Shown here: positions 12,589-25,100 of the stretch, one piece after another
Position numbering within the stretch: the stretch's first letter is position 1
Layout: each line of letters opens with the position of its first letter
Assembly (NCBI GenBank): GCA_950097015.1
Contig: CATNEN010000003.1
Coordinates: forward strand, 6,076,001 to 6,140,000
Source: Macrostomum hystrix
Lineage: Eukaryota; Animalia; Platyhelminthes
Length of the DNA stretch: 64,000 nucleotides
Reading direction: 5' to 3'
The notes under the pieces: model-generated
Seen by the model: only the letters and a program-made list of their open reading frames with translations
What the model was told of the DNA's origin: nothing
The model's database searches: none
Position numbers and translations under genes: made by a program

Positions 12589-14821
12589 ATGCATTCAGAG
12601 CCACCGCCTCGTTGTCAATGGTCGGCGTGGGACTCTTGTTCAGATCAGTGCCGAGGCATTGAAATTCGTCAGTGCACCTGTCAATCGGTATCGCTGTTGC
12701 GCAGTTGCATTCCGGGCAGTACGGAGTCGCGCGAATGTTCCACAAACAGTCCAATATGTTTTATTTATTCGCCAATATTTATTGCATTGATTGCCGGCAT
12801 GTCGGCTATTGTTGTCATAGCTATGTGCGTCGCTTTGGCGAGGTATCGATCGGCTAGAAGACTTAATAGTGCGTCTTCGTCTTCTTCCGCTGCTGCGGCT
12901 GCTTCTAGAGCCGACAGTGGTGTTATTCGTAGGTGAGTACTGTTTTTGTCTCGATAAATATAATGTTTAATTTGTTTTGTCTAAATGGTAAAATCGTCTG
13001 TAGTTTTATCGTTTTTTTCGCTACATATCGGGTGTCTTACATGTGTCTCACAGAAAAAGTTGCAATAGTTTTTTAATGAAGTAAAAGAGGCTGTATTTGA
13101 TTACAATTTCTTGCAGACTTAAGAATCAAGTTAAAAAAGGCCAGTAACTTCCAACTTGAAAAACTGATTCGAACTCGTGACGTACTACTGTTTTAGGAGT
13201 AGAAAATTACCAAAAAGTTTAGACTAAACTTTGTCTCATGCAGTTTAAACTGCATCTAACCTTAAAATAGCATCTCTTTAACAGCAAACGATTCTTTGTC
13301 GTCATGCTCTTTAGCCTGAATTGGGTGTGTCTGTTTAGCTATAAGCACCTGCCTGATTGTTTGAAGCTGTCTTTTCTCTAGCTAGAATTATCTTAGGATC
13401 CATTTCTGTCTCTCTGCTGTCTGTTTGTTAGTGCCACACCCATTTTTCTGCTTTTACCAGTTATATTATTTTCCTTGCGACTATCTATAGATCGATAATG
13501 ATTTTCTTCTCTTGCTCTCTACCTATCTAGCCTACCTGTTCTCAAATATACTATATTATCTACTCTGCTCTGTACACTCTACTCTACTGTCAACTCTCTA
13601 CTTTCTACTGTCTACTCTCTACTCTCTACTGTCTACTGTCTACTCTACTCTCTACTCTCTACTGTCTACTCTCTACTGTCTACTCTCTACTCTCTACTAT
13701 CTAATCTCTACTCTCTACTGTCTAATCTCTACTCTCTACTCTCTACTCTCTACTCTCTACTGTCTACTCTCTACTGTCTACTCTCTACTGTCTACTCTCT
13801 ACTGTCTACTCTCTACTGTCTACTCTCTACTGTCTACTCTCTACTGTCTACTCTCTACTCTCTACTCTCTACTCTCTACTCTCTACTGTCTACTCTCTAC
13901 TGTCTACTCTCTACTGTCTAATCTCTACTCTCTACTCTCTACTGTCTACTCTCTACTGTCTACTCTCTACTGTCTACTCTCTACTGTCTAATCTCTACTC
14001 TCTACTCTCTACTGTCTACTCTCTACTGTCTACTCTCTACTGTCTACTCTCTACTGTCTACTCTCTACTGTCTAATCTCTACTCTCTACTGTCTACTGTC
14101 TACTCTCTACTGTCTACTCTCTACTGTCTACTCTCTACTGTCTAATCTCTACTATCTACTTTCTACTCTCTACATCTACTCTAAACTCTCTACAGTCAAT
14201 AGTCTAGTCTCTAATCTCTACTATCTACGGTCTACTCTATAATGTCTAATCTCTACTCTACTATCTACTGTCTAGTCTCTACTTTCTACTCTTTGAGTAA
14301 CTTTGAGTAAAACCAAAGATATTTCCTGGAATCACTACCACAGAATCGCTTTTCCATATTCGACACGAAGCGGCGAAATGAATGAGGCCTATCAAACTGA
14401 TCGACCGCCAGATTATCGCGAGTGTGTGCTCAATCATTCTCAACAATATCCGGCCACTAATTCTACTGCAGACATGGCCGCGACTTTGCCTTCTTGCCAT
14501 CATCATCATTATCGGGATCGCAGTCTCAGTCAACAGGATTTGCCACCCGAATATGAAGAGGCCGTAGCGCAAATTAAACGTCAAGCGCTTGCTAATGCTA
14601 CCGCTGTTGCCATAGAAACTGGTGATGCTATTATGATTGGCGAATCAGATGCCGCTGCTGCTGCAGCTGCTGGTGAAAGTACAGCTGTAAATGATAATAC
14701 CATTCTTAACAATCCCGACATTATCGAGAAACCTGAAACTAATGATCAGAATCCTGATGCTAACGATACTACTAGTCATGATACTACTACCACTGTTTCT
14801 TCGGAAATGCGTCCTAATTGA
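12589..14821 (+). CDS. Single-pass membrane protein: TSP1 (thrombospondin type-1)-like domain, TM helix, cytoplasmic PPxY motifs. Exons 12589-12932 and about 14371-14821; may be 5'-partial
   Basis: WSAWDSCSDQCRGIEIRQCTC...C...ESREC fits the TSP1 signature. Hydrophobic FIYSPIFIALIAGMSAIVVIAMCVALA is followed by RYR. Donor AG|GTGAGT at 12932/3; phase-compatible acceptors at 14370 or 14343. The tail has PPDY and LPPEY. No signal peptide is seen, so an upstream exon is possible. Confidence 0.7.
13558..14290. repeat. Intronic 7-bp repeat (CTACTCT/CTACTGT)n
   Basis: Visible tandem array ending 50-80 bp before the acceptor. Confidence 0.95.
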
Positions 14822-15046
14822 AATACTGATTAAGTTTTTTTAATTTGTCATTTATTTACATTTCAAATATTTGATGCTTTCTACACAATCTCAGTTCAAA
14901 AACTTTTTTGTCAATGCAACATTCCATCAGTTTTTATTTCAAGTTTTTGCAAGAAAAATTCTTTAATCTCTAATTCTCGAAATTTTATGATTTTTTTCTC
15001 CTATTTAATCTTTTATAATTTTCTCTGATCCTCAAATCTTCCTACT

Positions 15047-15310
15047 CCTCAAACTAGATGTGTGATTATCTCAAATCCTCAAATTTGATTTGTAATTATC
15101 CCAAATCCTCAAATTTGATTTTTGATTATCCAAAATCCTCAGATTAGATGTGTGATTATCCCAAATCCTCAAATTTGATTTGTGATTATCCCAAATCCTC
15201 AAATTTGATTTTTGATTATCCCAAATCCTCAAATTTGATGTGTGTTTATCCCAAATCCTTAAACTTGATTTTTGATTATCCCAAATCCTCAAATTTGTGT
15301 CTAATTCTCA
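15047..15310. repeat. 30-bp minisatellite (GATTATCCCAAATCCTCAAATTTGATTTGT)n
   Basis: About 8 visible copies with degenerate flanks. Confidence 0.9.
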
Positions 15311-16049
15311 ATTAAATCCTCAAATTCTATTTTGTTTTATTTCGAATCCTAGAATTTGTGTGTGATTATCTTAAATCCTCGAATTCAAATTCAAATCCTC
15401 AATCTCGATTTTTGGATTGTCCTGAATCGCCAAAATTGACGTCTAGTTCCACTTTTTAATTGTGTTTTGTTTTAAACTTGCGAGTCTATGTTATACTATA
15501 TAGTATTCTCAAATATTGAGCTAAGAATTCAATTAACACATGTGATACAATCTTAGCGACAAAACATATGCATATTTGTATGACGCATTAAAAATGCAAC
15601 TTTCTTTCTTACTTTTTGTTGTTTTTGTCAATGCAATATGTTCATTCTTCTTTGTATGTATTTGTTTTATTAGCTATACGGAGATTTTATTATTATTTCA
15701 CAGTTTAGAAGACCGTGACGTTTTTTTAAATCATGATGAAGTGTAATTTACATCATTTGCTACTTATCAACTGTTTGGACATTTTTAAGTAATATGTATC
15801 GCTTATTAAAACGTAAATTATTTAAGTTTTTTTGTTTTTAAGCTTATTAATCATGGAACATGTATAAAAACAATCTAGTCTTTTTATTGCCAAAGCAACT
15901 GCAATCTTATAAAATTTATCATATTCTAGTCCGTGTTCAGAATCTTTTTAAATAAGTACACGAATTCATAAGAGTGTTATAATATAATTTGAGTTTGAGT
16001 TACTGTTTAAAATACTATTTTTTTATGTAAAAAAATATATATACAAGAT

Positions 16050-16641
16050 GTGGGGGCCAGTGGGTCAGCGGCTAGCGTCGCTGCCTCCCTCTTCAATGGA
16101 CGCTAGTTCGAATCTCCCTTCAAGTCACGATTAATTTCGGGACTTGTTGGTGGGTTTGGACAGTAGCGACCGGCGGAGGTGCACCATATTTCGTGCAATC
16201 AAAGCTTGAAATAATAGCTTCGCTCCTACCTTCTGTGTGCCTGTTCTGCGTTGTGTGAGTTGTGTGCGTTGGCGCTGGGGCGTTAGACCTTGCGGGGGGT
16301 GGCTGGGGGCGGGTGTACACCGCCGCGCGCTTTCTGGATTTCCGTCAGCGCGATTGGATAAGTGTACACTCATCACCCGCCACCCCCCCTGAGGACTGAT
16401 TTCTTATCAGCCTTCCGCCCCGGCTTGGTCTGCTATGTGCGTGTGGGGCTGGGGTGGGTGGCACTGCTGCCTATTCTGGGTGCCTCCTGCCCTCCCCAGC
16501 TGGTCTGTGCTGCTGTGTGTGGTGCCTGCTCAGGGGAGGCGGCGCGATGGGCGCTAAGCGCCTAGTTCGCCGGTCTGGGGGCGTGCCGCTCCGTCGCTTG
16601 TGCGACAAGTGCCCCGGGCCCCCTGCAAATAGATAGATAGA
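16050..16641 (+). mobile_element. Full-length tRNA-derived SINE (family A), about 590 bp, GC-rich, (ATAG)n tail, 11-bp TSD
   Basis: Head has A-box-like TGGGTCAGCGG and B-box GTTCGAATC; tail is AATAGATAGATAGA. Exact direct repeat ATATACAAGAT at 16039-16049 and 16642-16652. Sharp GC contrast with the AT-rich flanks. Confidence 0.85.
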
Positions 16642-16661
16642 ATATACAAGATAGCTATACA

Positions 16662-16750
16662 ATAGCATTTGCTGGGCTAATTGAGGGTGAGTGTGGCGTT
16701 CCCCAGTCCATCGACTGATTGTCGGCTCAAATGAGGCAGTTGTATTAAAA
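16662..16750 (+). mobile_element. Fragment of SINE family B (3' part)
   Basis: GCTGGGCTAATTGAGGGTG...GGCGTTCCCCAGTCCATCGACTGA matches the copies near 38640, 62010/62314 and 63840. Confidence 0.7.
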
Positions 16751-16784
16751 TTATTATGAACGCATTTTTTTCAGATCAACAGCA

Positions 16785-17591
16785 ATGTCCACCAACACAT
16801 CAGTTGATGTACCAATCTATGGCGCATTGTTAACACTCACTCTAGTCATTATTCTAGGCGTGTTCGCCTGTCTAATCATCTGTCTGGTCTTCTGTCTGGT
16901 TGGCTGTATGCGGCGTCACACCAGCGGTTTGTTCTGCTGCGCCGATTCGACAACACCGGCAGTTGAACCGGCCGACGTGTTTGGCTGTCTGCCGCGTCGG
17001 CACAGCCTGTCGCCAGTCCAGTGGCGTAGACAAAACAGCTATAGTAATCATAATAATAGTAATACTAGTAATCAGCAGGTGGTGTGTTGGCGAGCTCCTT
17101 GCGGCGAAAGTCTGGTCTCCTGCGTGCCGATACTGTTAGACGGCGGTGTCGGCACTGTCGGCGGCGGCGGAGGCGGCGGCATTCAAAGAAGTTGCGCCGC
17201 GGATCATTTCGCAAATTGTCGGATTTGTTCGGCCTTTCTATTTTCCGGCGTTAGAGAGCAATCCACTTTGTCTACTTCGGGCGCTTATTCGACTAGTAGT
17301 CAGTCGTTTCGTAGGCAGCAGAGGCTGCTACTGCAACAGTTGCAGCAACAGCAGCAGCAGCACCACCAGATGTTTATGCGACAGTCTAGGCCGTACATTC
17401 TCGCTTGTCCGTCTTATGAAAGTCTTCGCCAAGTCTCTCCGTCTCCGCCTCCAAGCTATTCGGCAGCTGTATCTGCGTCTATTGCTGCCGCCGCCGCTGC
17501 CGCCGCTGCTGCTGCTGCAGCCATCGTGTCAACATCTCGACCTGTGTCATGCGACATTAGTGAAGTTGATGGACATGTTGTTTCAGTCTAA
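16785..17591 (+). CDS. Small single-pass membrane protein: N-terminal TM, juxtamembrane Cys cluster, C-terminal PPPSY (PY motif), low-complexity G/Q/A tracts
   Basis: 268-aa ORF; ATG follows the acceptor TTTTTTTCAG (16774). TM is LLTLTLVIILGVFACLIICLVFCLVGC; SPPPSY near the C-terminus. Architecture resembles WBP1/VOPP1/PMEPA1-type PY adaptors, but orthology is not established. Confidence 0.7.
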   Translation: MSTNTSVDVPIYGALLTLTLVIILGVFACLIICLVFCLVGCMRRHTSGLFCCADSTTPAVEPADVFGCLPRRHSLSPVQWRRQNSYSNHNNSNTSNQQVVCWRAPCGESLVSCVPILLDGGVGTVGGGGGGGIQRSCAADHFANCRICSAFLFSGVREQSTLSTSGAYSTSSQSFRRQQRLLLQQLQQQQQQHHQMFMRQSRPYILACPSYESLRQVSPSPPPSYSAAVSASIAAAAAAAAAAAAAIVSTSRPVSCDISEVDGHVVSV

Positions 17592-17676
17592 TGGAGTCTA
17601 GTTTTGTCTGTCTATTTTGCGCAATTGAACAAACATTTTTGCACTGATTCTCAGACTTGAATATATTTTCTCCCAT

Positions 17677-18295
17677 GATCAACTATTCTCCCAGATTCTC
17701 ACACTTTTGTCTACTATTTTCCCAGATCCCCAGACTTTGATCTACTATTTTCCGAGATCCCCAGACTTTAATCTACTATTCTCCCAGATTCTCACACTTT
17801 TGTCTACTATTTTCCCAGATCCCCAGACTTTAATCTACTATTTTCCCAGATCCCCAGACTTTAATCTACTATTTTCCCAGATCCCCAGACCTTGATCAAC
17901 TATTTTCCCAGATCCCCAGACTTTAATCTACTATTTTCCCAGATCCCCAGACTTTAATGTACTATTTTCCCAGATCCCCAGACCTTGATCAACTATTTTC
18001 CCAGATCCCCAGACCTTGATCAACTATTTTCCCACATCCCCAGACTTTGATCTACTATTTTCCAAGATCCCCAGACTGTGATCTACCATTCTCCCATGAT
18101 CTACTATTCTCCCAGATCCTCAGACTGTGATCTACCATTCTCACATGATCTACTATTCTCCCAGATCCCCAGACTGTGATCTACCATTCTCCCATGATCT
18201 ACTATTCTCCCAGATCCTCAGACTGTGATCTACCATTCTCACATGATCTACTATTCTCCCAGATCCCCAGACTTTTATCTACCAGTCTCCCATGA
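17677..18295. repeat. About 31-bp minisatellite (CTATTTTCCCAGATCCCCAGACTTTAATCTA)n downstream of the stop codon
   Basis: Visible tandem copies; the unit shifts in the 3' part. Confidence 0.9.
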
Positions 18296-19199
18296 TTTAA
18301 TTTGCCCTCATGTTCCTCAGTCAAGTTCTACCACGTTTCTAACTTATATTTCTATGTTTCCGTCCCATTATTAAAACACTACAATTCAAACGATCAAGGA
18401 ATGATATTTTTTTCGCATTCTTAAACTCATTTTTTAGTTATTTGTACACAATAATCTGTGTTGCGTCAGTAGTTTCATAAGTAGTATGTTAGGAGTGTGT
18501 AATTTGAAGTTGAACTACGTGTTCTTATTCTATGTCAGTCATAACAGTTTTTGTCAAATATACAGCCGTAATTTATTTTCTAATAGTCTTTGTTCAAACT
18601 ATCGTACTTATACTAGATTTCATCTACTCTTGCCTGATCTATCTTATTTGCTAAGAATATTTTTTCAATACATATCGGCTCCCTGTTAAAACTCAAAAAA
18701 ATCTCTGAAGGAACAAGCTGTATAACATTCTAGTCATTGTTTTCATACTATCTACATTCTTTACGTCAATTTTATTTGTATTACTTTGCGTAATAGTTAG
18801 AGTAGATTATATCAGAAAACTAATTCTGCGTTTTGTTTTTATCGTTGTTGTTTTGTTGCAGAAGCATTTTAGTCAATACATTTTTCATGTTTTTTATTTT
18901 GTTCAGTTAAACAAGTTCATTTGCTTTTCATGTATAGCATTGTATAAAATTGTGTTGTTAAACATGTTTTTTCAGTTTTAAAAAAACCTTGCATGGAATT
19001 TTTTAATTATTCGTTTTTCCACCCAGTTTTAATGTACTTTGAAAACAATATGACGTTTTTGTTGATAAAAAAACCTTTAAATGTGATCTTTTTATTAATT
19101 TGTTACTATGAGTTTTGCATTCAATACATCTTTGTGTATTCTTTCAGAGACACCCTACTGATCTGTCTAAAAACACCTCATTATCCTTCCATAGATACC

Positions 19200-22100
19200 C
19201 ACTAATATGTCTAGAGACACCCAAATAATCCTTCTAGAGACACCCAAATAATCCTTCTAGAGACACCCAAATCATCCATCTAGAGACACCCAAATCATCC
19301 ATCTAGAGACACCCAAATAATCCATCTAGAGACACCTAAATAATCCATCTAGAGACACCCAAATAATCCATCTAGAGACACCCAAATAATCCATCTAGAG
19401 ACACCCAAATAATCCATCTAGAGACACCCAAATCATCCTTCTAGAGACACCCAAATAATCCTTCTAGAGACACCCAAATCATCCTTCTAGAGACACCCAA
19501 ATCATCCTTCTAGAGACACCCAAATAATCCTTCTAGAGACACCCAAATCATCCTTCTAGAGACACCCAAATCATCCTTCTAGAGACACCCAAATAATCCA
19601 TCTAGAGACACCTAAATAATCCTTCTAGAGACACCCAAAAATTCCATCTAGAGACACCCAAATAATCCTTCTAGAGACACCCAAATAATCCATCTAGAGA
19701 CACCCAAATAATCCTTCTAGAGACACCCAAATAATCCTTCTAGAGACACCCAAATCATCCTTCTAGAGACACCCAAATCATCCTTCTAGAGACACCCAAA
19801 TCATCCTTCTAGAGACACCCAAATCATCCTTCTAGAGACACCCAAATAATCCTTCTAGAGGCACCCAAATCATCCTTCTAGAGGCACCCAAAAAATCCTT
19901 CTAGAGACACCCAAATAATCCTTCTAGAGACACCCAAATCATCCTTCTAGAGACGCCCAAATAATCCTTCTAGAGACACCCAAATAATCCTTCTAGAGAC
20001 ACCCAAATCATCCATCTAGAGACACCCAAATAATCCTTCTAGAGACACCCAAATAATCCATCTAGAGACACCCAAATAATCCATCTAGAGACACCCAAAT
20101 AATCCTTCTAGAGACACCCAAATCATCCTTCTAGAGACACCCAAATAATCCATCTAGAGACACCCAAATAATCCATCTAGAGACACCCAAATAATCCTTC
20201 TAGAGACACCCAAATCATCCATCTAGAGACACCCAAATAATCCATCTAGAGACACCCAAATAATCCTTCTAGAGACACCCAAATAATCCTTCTAGAGACA
20301 CCCAAATAATCCTTCTAGAGACACCCAAATAATCCATCTAGAGACACCCAAATAATCCATCTAGAGACACCCAAATAATCCATCTAGAGACACCCAAATA
20401 ATCCATCTAGAGACACCCAAATAATCCATCTAGAGACACCCAAATAATCCATCTAGAGACACCCAAATAATCCATCTAGAGACACCCAAATAATCCTTCT
20501 AGAGACACCCAAATAATCCTTCTAGAGACACCCAAATAATCCTTCTAGAGACACCCAAATCATCCTTCTAGAGACACCCAAATCATCCTTCTAGAGACAC
20601 CCAAATAATCCATCTAGAGACACCCAAATCATCCTTCTAGAGACACCCAAATAATCCATCTAGAGACACCCAAATAATCCTTCTAGAGACACCCAAATAA
20701 TCCTTCTAGAGACACCCAAATCATCCTTCTAGAGACACCCAAATAATCCATCTAGAGACACCCAAATCATCCTTCTAGAGACGCCCAAATAATCCATCTA
20801 GAGACACCCAAATCATCCATCTAGAGACACCCAAATAATCCATCTAGAGACACCCAAATAATCCATCTAGAGACACCCAAATAATCCATCTAGAGACACC
20901 CAAATAATCCTTCTAGAGACACCCAAATAATCCTTCTAGAGACACCAAAATAATCCTTCTAGAGACACCCAAATAATCCATCTAGAGACACCCAAATAAT
21001 CCTTCTAGAGACACCCAAATCATCCTTCTAGAGACACCCAAATAATCCTTCTAGAGACACCCAAATCATCCTTCTAGAGACACCCAAATCATCCATCTAG
21101 AGACACCCAAATAATCCATCTAGAGACACCCAAATAATCCATCTAGAGACACCCAAATAATCCATCTAGAGACACCCAAATAATCCTTCTAGAGACACCC
21201 AAATAATCCTTCTAGAGACACCAAAATAATCCTTCTAGAGACACCCAAATAATCCATCTAGAGACACCCAAATAATCCTTCTAGAGACACCCAAATCATC
21301 CTTCTAGAGACACCCAAATAATCCTTCTAGAGACACCCAAATCATCCTTCTAGAGACACCCAAATAATCCATCTAGAGACACCCAAATAATCCATCTAGA
21401 GACACCCAAATAATCCATCTAGAGACACCCAAATAATCCATCTAGAGACACCCAAATAATCCATCTAGAGACACCCAAATCATCCTTCTAGAGACACCCA
21501 AATCATCCTTCTAGAGACACCCAAATCATCCTTCTAGAGACACCCAAATAATCCATCTAGAGACACCCAAATCATCCTTCTAGAGACACCCAAATAATCC
21601 ATCTAGAGACACCCAAATAATCCATCTAGAGACACCCAAATCATCCTTCTAGAGACACCCAAATCATCCTTCTAGAGACACCCAAATAATCCATCTAGAG
21701 ACAACCAAATCATCCTTCTAGAGACACCAAAATAATCCTTCTAGAGACACCCAAATCATCCATCTAGAGACACCCAAATCATCCATCTAGATGCACACAA
21801 ATAATCCTTCTAGAGACACCCAAATCATCCTTCTAGAGACACCCAAATCATCCTTCTAGAGACACCCAAATAATCCATCTAGAGACACCCAAATAATCCA
21901 TCTAGAGACACCCAAATCATCCTTCTAGAGACACCCAAATAATCCATCTAGAGACACCCAAATCATCCTTCTAGAGACACCCAAATCATCCTTCTAGAGA
22001 CACCCAAATAATCCATCTAGAGACACCCAAATCATCCTTCTAGAGACACCCAAATCATCCTTCTAGAGACACCCAAATAATCCATCTAGAGACACCCAAA

Positions 22101-25100
22101 TAATCCATCTAGAGACACCCAAATCATCCTTCTAGAGACACCCAAATAATCCATCTAGAGACAACCAAATAATCCATCTAGAGACACCCAAATAATCCAT
22201 CTAGAGACACCCAAATAATCCATCTAGAGACACCCAAATAATCCATCTAGAGACACCCAAATAATCCTTCTAGAGACACCCAAATAATCCTTCTAGAGAC
22301 ACCCAAATAATCCATCTAGAGACACCCAAATAATCCTTCTAGAGACACCCAAATCATCCTTCTAGAGACACCCAAATCATCCTTCTAGAGACACCCAAAT
22401 AATCCATCTAGAGACACCCAAATAATCCTTCTAGAGACACCCAAATCATCCTTCTAGAGACACCCAAATAATCCTTCTAGAGACACCCAAATCATCCTTC
22501 TAGAGACACCCAAATAATCCATCTAGAGACACCCAAATAATCCATCTAGAGACACCCAAATCATCCTTCTAGAGACACCCAAATAATCCATCTAGAGACA
22601 ACCAAATAATCCATCTAGAGACACCCAAATAATCCATCTAGAGACACCCAAATAATCCATCTAGAGACACCCAAATAATCCATCTAGAGACACCCAAATA
22701 ATCCTTCTAGAGACACCCAAATAATCCTTCTAGAGACACCCAAATAATCCATCTAGAGACACCCAAATAATCCTTCTAGAGACACCCAAATCATCCTTCT
22801 AGAGACACCCAAATAATCCTTCTAGAGACACCCAAATCATCCTTCTAGAGACACCCAAATAATCCATCTAGAGACACCCAAATAATCCATCTAGAGACAC
22901 CCAAATCATCCATCTAGAGACACCCAAATAATCCATCTAGAGACAACCAAATAATCCATCTAGAGACACCCAAATAATCCATCTAGAGACACCCAAATAA
23001 TCCATCTAGAGACACCCAAATAATCCATCTAGAGACAACCAAATAATCCTTCTAGAGACACCCAAATCATCCTTCTAGAGACACCCAAATCATCCTTCTA
23101 GAGACACCCAAATAATCCATCTAGAGACACCCAAATAATCCATCTAGAGACACCCAAATCATCCTTCTAGAGACACCCAAATCATTCTTCTAGAGACACC
23201 CAAATCATCCTTCTAGAGACACCCAAATAATCCATCTAGAGACACCCAAATCATCCTTCTAGAGACACCCAAATAATCCATCTAGAGACACCCAAATAAT
23301 CCTTCTAGAGACACCCAAATAATCCTTCTAGAGACACCCAAATCATCCTTCTAGAGACACCCAAATAATCCATCTAGAGACACCCAAATCATCCTTCTAG
23401 AGACACCCAAATCATCCTTCTAGAGACACCCAAATAATCCATCTAGAGACAACCAAATCATCCATCTAGAGACACCCAAATAATCCATCTAGAGACACCC
23501 AAATAATCCATCTAGAGACACCCAAATAATCCTTCTAGAGACACCCAAATAATCCTTCTAGAGACACCCAAATCATCCTTCTAGAGACGCCCAAATAATC
23601 CATCTAGAGACACCCAAATCATCCTTCTAGAGACACCCAAATAATCCATCTAGAGACACCCAAATCATCCTTCTAGAGACACCCAAATAATCCATCTAGA
23701 GACACCCAAATCATCCTTCTAGAGACACCCAAATAATCCTTCTAGAGACAACCAAATAATCCTTCTAGAGACAACCAAATAATCCATCTAGAGACACCCA
23801 AATCATCCTTCTAGAGACACCCAAATAATCCTTCTAGAGACACCCAAATAATCCTTCTAGAGACACCCAAATAATCCTTCTAGAGACACCCAAATCATCC
23901 TTCTAGAGACACCCAAATAATCCTTCTAGAGACGCCCAAATAATCCTTCTAGAGGCACACAAATCATCCTTCTAGAGACACCCAAATCGTCCTTCTAGAG
24001 ACACCCAAATAATCCTTCTAGAGACACCCAAATCATCCTTCTAGAGACGCCCAAATAATCCATCTAGAGACACCCAAATAATCCATCTAGAGACACCCAA
24101 ATCATCCTTCTAGAGACGCCCAAATAATCCATCTAGAGACACCCAAATCATCCTTCTAGAGACACCCAAATAATCCATCTAGAGACACCCAAATAATCCA
24201 TCTAGAGACACCCAAATAATCCTTCTAGAGACACCCAAATAATCCTTCTAGAGACACCCAAATCATCCTTCTAGAGACACCCAAAATCCATCCTTCTAGA
24301 GACACCCAAATAATCCATCTAGAGACACCCAAATCACCTTTCTAGAGACACCCAAAATCCATTCTAGGAGACACCCAAATCACCTTCTAGAGACACCCAA
24401 ATAATCATCTATAGAGGACACCCAAATACTCCATCTAGAGACACCCAAATCATCCTTCTAGAGTACACCCAAATAATCCATCTAGAGACACCCAAATAAT
24501 CCTTCTAGAGACACCCAAATAATCCTTCTGAGGACACCCAAATCATCCATTCTAGAGGACACCCAAATAATCCATCTAGAGACAACCAAATAATCCCTTC
24601 TAGAGGACACCCAAATCATCCTTCTAGAGACACCCAATCATCCTTCTAGAGACACCCAAATAAATCCTTCTAGAGACACCCAATAATCCTTCTAGAGACA
24701 CCCAAATCATCCTTTCTAGAGACACCCAAATTAATCCATCTAGAGACACCCAAATCATCCTTCTAGAGACACCAAATAATCCATCTAGCGACACCCAAAT
24801 CATCCTTCTAGAGACACCCAAATAATCCATCTAGAGACACCCAAATCATCCTTCTAGAGACACCCAAATAATCCTTCTAGAGACAACCAAATAATCCTTC
24901 TAGAGACACCCAAATAATCCATCTAGAGACACCCAAATCATCCTTCTAGAGACACCCAAATCATCCTTCTAGAGACACCCAAATAATCCATCTAGAGACA
25001 CCCAAATAATCCTTCTAGAGACACCCAAATCATCCTTCTAGAGACACCCAAATAATCCATCTAGAGACACCCAAATCATCCATCTAGAGACACCCAAATA

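Noticed and set aside
16050-16125. tRNA genes here and at 34841, 61837 and 63702
   Set aside because: A/B boxes are present but there is no complete cloverleaf, and each continues into a SINE body.
16540-16630. HDV-like ribozyme in the SINE 3' end
   Set aside because: Could not build the nested double pseudoknot (P1, P1.1, P2, P3) on either strand by eye.
24280-24800. Patch of single-base indels in the 23-mer array and ORF 24624-24830
   Set aside because: Scattered 1-nt indels confined to one patch look like low-coverage long-read error rather than biology.
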